Origin: Phaeosaccion multiseriatum
Lineage: Eukaryota > Protista > Ochrophyta, other classes
Direction: 5' to 3'
NCBI GenBank assembly: GCA_965112735.1
Contig: OZ218958.1
Span: 2,542,001-2,606,000 of the forward strand
Length of the DNA: 64,000 bases
The notes under the pieces were generated by a model that saw only the letters and a program-made list of their open reading frames with translations, was not told the DNA's origin and searched no databases. This document shows positions 59,249 through 64,000 of the stretch, in pieces. The first letter of the stretch is position 1. The number at the start of each line of letters is the position of its first letter. The translations under genes and the position numbers were made by a program.

Positions 59249-60579
59249 GCACCTTCCCGCTCAAAGCCCGCCATGCCAAGCTGCTTGAGAAGCTCGTCGC
59301 TGTGGCTCATCTTGAAGGAGTCACTGAAGGAAAGGCGGCACTCCTGCCCCCCTCCCGTCACCTCACAGTGGACGGAGGTGTCCGGCGAAGTCGCCAGCGT
59401 CATGAAGGGTAAGGCCAGGCTTGCCTCCTTTAGGCCCGCCTTGTTGAGACCGTAGTTGTGTAGGTTGCGCTTGGCAAGCTTGCGGCATGCTGCGAACTTG
59501 GTCAGGAGGTGCCCCACTTGCTCCTGCTTGGCTGCCACCGCGTTGAGCTGAAGTGCAGAGGAAGACAGCAGCAGCATTGGTTAGTTGGTTGGTTGGTTGG
59601 TTGGTTGGTTGGTTGGTTGGCATAGCAGACATGCGAAAGTTATTGACTAAACCCATTCACTCAGCCACTAACCCCCCTCACCTTTGCCCTCTTCCTCCTG
59701 AGCTCGTTCTTGGGGTCGTCCAGCCTGGCCCCCGTGGGCAGCCCCTTCCAATAGATCTCCTTCTTCTCCTTGCAGATAATGTCCAGAGCCATGAGCACAT
59801 TAAGGGCGTCATACACCCTCCTTCTGATGTTTTTCTCATCGAAGGCTCCCTTGGTGCCAGGCTTGCCGCCCACCCCGAGGGATGACTTGCCCTTCTTACC
59901 CTCCTTCTTGCCGCCGTTAGCCTTGCTGACCTGCTGCTGCTGTGGTTGTAGTGGAGCCACCGCCCCCTGCGGCTGCTCCTGGGGCTGCATTATCGTCACC
60001 TCCCCCTGTTGTTGTTGTTGTTGGTGGTGCTGCATCATCAACTGCTGCTGCGCCTGCTGCTCCTGCTGCTGAATCACCAACTGCTGCTGCTGTATCGCCA
60101 ACTGCTGCGCCTGTATCTGCTGCTTCGACAGGACCAGCGGCACCGACCTTGCCGCCTCCTCCGCCGCCTCGTCAAGAAACTCCTTGACTAGCTCGTCCGC
60201 CACTTCGTTGTACGTGGTCACCTTCTTCTCCTGCACCTTACACGACACCTTGAGGCTGAAGTGACGCAGACCCTTGCTGGTGCGGGCCGCCGGTGCATCT
60301 GCCCCTCCTTTGCCCTTCTTGGCGGGGGGTCGGGGTGGGGAGGGGGCTACGGGCACGAGTTGGGGTGGCAGGGGCAGTGCCGGCGCACCTGCATACACAC
60401 TCTGTGGTTGTTGCTGTTGGTGCTGCTGTTGTTGTGGTGGTGGTTGTGGTTGCAGTTGTTGTGGTTGTTGTTGGTGTGGTTGTTGTGGTTGTTGTGGTTG
60501 TTGTGGGTGCTGCTGTTGCTGCTGCTGCTGTTGTGGGTGCTGTTGTTGTTGCTGTTGTTGCTGTTGTTGTTGCTGTTGA

Positions 60580-60651
<72 letters not shown>

Positions 60652-60717
60652 GGTTGTTGTTGTTGCTGTTGCTGCTGAAGTAGTTGTTGCTGCTGCTGAA
60701 GTAGTTGCAGCTGTTGC

Positions 60718-60760
<43 letters not shown>

Positions 60761-60762
60761 GC

Positions 60763-60802
<40 letters not shown>

Positions 60803-61508
60803 CTCGTTGCAGTTGTTCTCGCTGCTGCTTCGCCTCCTGCTGCTTCGCCTCCTGCTGCTTAGCCTCCTGCTGCTGCTGCTGCACGGCTGCCGCCAACTTG
60901 CCCAGCCCTCCTTCGTCTTCTTCCTTCACCGCCCTCTCGGGCGGAGCCAGGGTTGTTGACTTTGCACTCCCATCCGACAAACCTGCACCGCCCTTGGCAG
61001 CAGTAGGTGCGGTGATCTCCGCGTCCGCTTCCCGGATGGCAACCTTAAGCCGTATCATCCCTTCTCCCATGTTCTCCCCTGGTTGGAGGTTCAGCCCCCA
61101 CACGGGACTAGGGGGAGGCGGGAGGGCAACGGGCTCACCCACCAACGGAGGAGCCACCACCACCCCGCGCTGCCCCCCCTGCCACTCCTCGCCACAGAGC
61201 TCCTCAATCACGGAGACGGACCTTCGGGCGCTGCCATACGAGCCCAAATGTCCCACGGAGGAGCCGTTTGTTGTTGGGCCAACTACTGCTGCTGCTGCTG
61301 CGGCCGGTGGCGCGGGTCCGTGTTGGGGGCCGGGCAACGTGGACACCAGCCCAATCTCCTCGGCCATTTGCTGGAGGCCGGCCGCGTGCAACAAGCTCAG
61401 CCAGTTGTCCTGCACAGGGGGGAGCTTGGAGTCCACTTCGTCCTCGCGCTGCCGCTTGCGCTGCTGCTGTGCGGTCCATTCTGCCGTGGGCCTACCTATT
61501 AAATTCAT
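58573..61508 (-). CDS. DP: DP transcription factor (E2F dimerisation partner); about 3 exons, polyQ-rich
   Basis: [28 protein letters not shown] and [33 protein letters not shown]. The DP C-terminal exon reads [19 protein letters not shown]...[14 protein letters not shown]. Confidence 0.93.
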
Positions 61509-62169
61509 TCCCGCCGATCCCTTTCAGTCCCCCTCTTTCGTTGACGACAGACTGCTCCTGCTCCTGCCCTGTTGCGCTTGCTGTCGCCGCTCCGTCAACC
61601 TCCACTGTGCCTCTCTCTTCCTCCACCCCCCCCCCCTCCCCTCCGAGCCCCTTCTCCTCTCTCTCTCTCTCTCTCGCTCGTTTTTTGTCACGGCTTCCAC
61701 CCTCCCTCTTTTGTATGTAGGGCAGCGGACCCGCAAGGCTGCAAAGGGCGTGAACCCACAACTGAGACTCAAAGTAGTACACCAGGCGTGGGGGCTCTAG
61801 GGGCGTGGTGCTCGCTACGCGTTTTCCCCCCAACTCCCTCCTTCCCGCGAAGTATGCGAGCGGCTGTATCCACGGGATATGTTTCGCGGAGGCCCACGCC
61901 TATGCAAGATTTGGTTCCACCTCCCCACGGTGTGGTGGTTGAGGATTATAACGATTTGATATTCAGAGTCGTCTCTAGCTTGTAGCAGCGATACCATAGG
62001 CAGAAGAACAGCGTCGTTTCCGCCAGCGAGTCGACGGTGCGTGCGCGGCGCCCGTCTTGAAGGCGCTTCGAGAAACCGTTTGGACGGGGAAGGAATCGAT
62101 CTTTCTTGAAATCGGACGTCTCTGCCGCTGCTCACGGCCACAGAACAAAGCAAGGGGGAAGGAGAGAGC

Positions 62170-63859
62170 ATGTCTTCTCGCAGGGCAAAGGACTTTAAGA
62201 AGGGCGTTGATGGGGATGACTCCCGCCGGCGCCGGGGCGAGAAGGGCGTGCAGGTGCGGAAGCAGAAGAGAGAAGAAGGCTTGGCCAAGAAGCGACACAT
62301 CACCATGACGGGAGAGGGGAGCCCAGTCCCGCTTGGATCGGCGGGCATGAACAACTCAGTAGGGGCCATTGCACTAGGAGGAGGGGAGGTAGGAGGCGCG
62401 GGAGTAGTAGATGCGGGTAAGAAGGCACCGGCCTTCACCATCACCGACATTCCGATGCTCGCGACGGGCATCCTGACCTCGACCGACCCGGAGGAGCAGC
62501 TTCGCTGTACGCGGGGCATCCGCAAGCTCCTCTCCATCGAGGGGAACCCCCCCGTGCAGCAGGTGCTCGACGCCCACATCCTCCCCTCCCTCGTGGCCTT
62601 CCTGAGCCGCAGCGACCAGAACGACCTACAGTTTGAAGCTGCCTGGGCCCTTACCAACATTGCGTCCACGGACATGACTCGAGTGGTTGTGCAGGCCGGG
62701 GCCGTGCCTCTCCTAAGCGAGCTGCTCGGCAACCAAAGCGCCGACCTCCGGGAGCAGTGCGCCTGGTGCCTGGGGAACATTGCCGGCGATTGCGCGGAGC
62801 TCCGTGACCTTGTGCTGTCCACAAACGCCATGCAGGGCCTTTTGGCCAACGTCGCTCAGCCGGCCAACCTCACCCTCCTCCGGAACTGCGTGTGGGCTCT
62901 CAGCAACTTCTGCAGAGGCAAGCCGCAGCCAGACATTGAGCTCATGAAGCCCGTGCTGCCCGCGTTGGTGCACTTGCTGAGCTCGGAGGACCTGGAGGTA
63001 CTTACAGATGCCGGGTGGGCACTCTCCTACCTCTCTGACGGAGACAACGACAGAATCCAGGTGGGTAGGTTGCTGGGGAAGTACATTCCGGTGCCTGGCG
63101 CGGTTGTATGTGTTTTAGTCCCCTGCTCTGCTCCCTGCTCTGCGTACACACACACACACACGCGCGCGCGCGCGTTGGATTGGGCTAGCTGTGGAAGAGT
63201 AGCAAGAGTGACGGGGCGGCTTGACTTGCTCCTCTTGACTTTTCTTTGGAGTAGTCCATATTCCTTATTTTCTGCGTTTCCCGTTTCCCTCGACGCCCAA
63301 TCGCAGGACAATGTGCCTAGTGCCCCCCCCCCCCCTCCTCCACTCACACCCCTCCTTACTCCGTAAAATTATAGAATTAGAGAAGGGCTGCTGCCTTGGT
63401 ACGCATTTTTGTTCGGTTTCCAGCTTTTCCACCCTTCTTTCTCACCCGCTCTTTCCACTCTTTCCACCCACCCACAAACACAACCCCCACCCCCTACCCT
63501 TCCTCCCCACCCCTCCCTCTGCCCTTTCTATTGTCCAATCGATGAAGGTGGTGGTGGATCACAACCTCTGCCCATCCCTCGCCAAAATGCTTGCCCACGA
63601 GACGAGCAGCGTGGTCACTCCGGCCCTCCGTACCCTCGGCAACATTGTCACAGGAGACGACGACCAGACGCAGGCCGTCGTCTCGTCAGGAGTGCTCACC
63701 ACCTTGGCTAAGCTCTTGCAGCATAACAAAACCTCCATCCGCAAGGAGACGTGCTGGATGCTGTCCAACATCGCGGCGGGCTCCTCTGCGCAGATCTCGG
63801 AGATGGTCCAAGTGCCGTACATTCTCGAGGGGGTAGTGGCGCAGCTCTCGTGCAGGTGC

Positions 63860-63901
<42 letters not shown>

Positions 63902-64000
63902 GGGTGTGAGTGAGTGAGTGAGTGGGAGGGAAGTGGGTGGGTGGGGAGTCGGTGGGTGAAGGTTGTTGAATGGAAAATGGCAAGACGGGGATGCGGTTGT
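62170..64000 (+). CDS. Importin alpha (karyopherin alpha), truncated by the window end; exons 62170-63060, 63548-63855 and more beyond
   Basis: IBB domain (SRRRRGEKGVQVRKQKREEGLAKKR) followed by ARM repeats LQFEAAWALTNIAS, QCAWCLGNIAGD, WALSNFCRGK, ALRTLGNIVTG, KETCWMLSNIAAG. Confidence 0.96.

Noticed and set aside
61815-62849. 344-aa antisense ORF, and similar shadows over the formin, ankyrin and FANCD2-like genes
   Set aside because: These are GC-rich antisense shadows of real genes with no independent motifs.

Overview
This is GC-rich, intron-rich eukaryotic DNA saturated with microsatellites. A bipartite signal plus 'SLS-FVVP' plastid presequence points to a photosynthetic stramenopile (ochrophyte); this is an inference. 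About 13 genes can be supported: an ankyrin-BTB gene, a mitochondrial gamma-carbonic anhydrase-like gene, a plastid DUF1279/FAM210-like gene, a long FANCD2-like gene, three tandem ankyrin paralogues, a degenerate PX + GOLD + coiled-coil gene, a secreted Cys-rich gene, an LRR gene, a NEK kinase, a formin, a DP (E2F partner) factor and importin-alpha (truncated by the window end). There is also a 182-bp MITE next to an ankyrin relic. The standout is the 19.5-30.3 kb array of three paralogues carrying 42 near-identical 99-bp ankyrin units (14, 11 and 17). The units vary almost only at ligand-contact positions, and cassettes are shuffled within and between copies. This looks like a naturally diversifying binder repertoire, possibly derived from ANK-BTB (CUL3 adaptor) genes. 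Second-tier findings are an intron with terminal inverted repeats, a decamer motif sitting just before seven 3' splice sites, and a ~14-nt micro-repeat recurring in coding exons of unrelated genes in several frames. All calls come from reading the sequence by eye; no searches were run.
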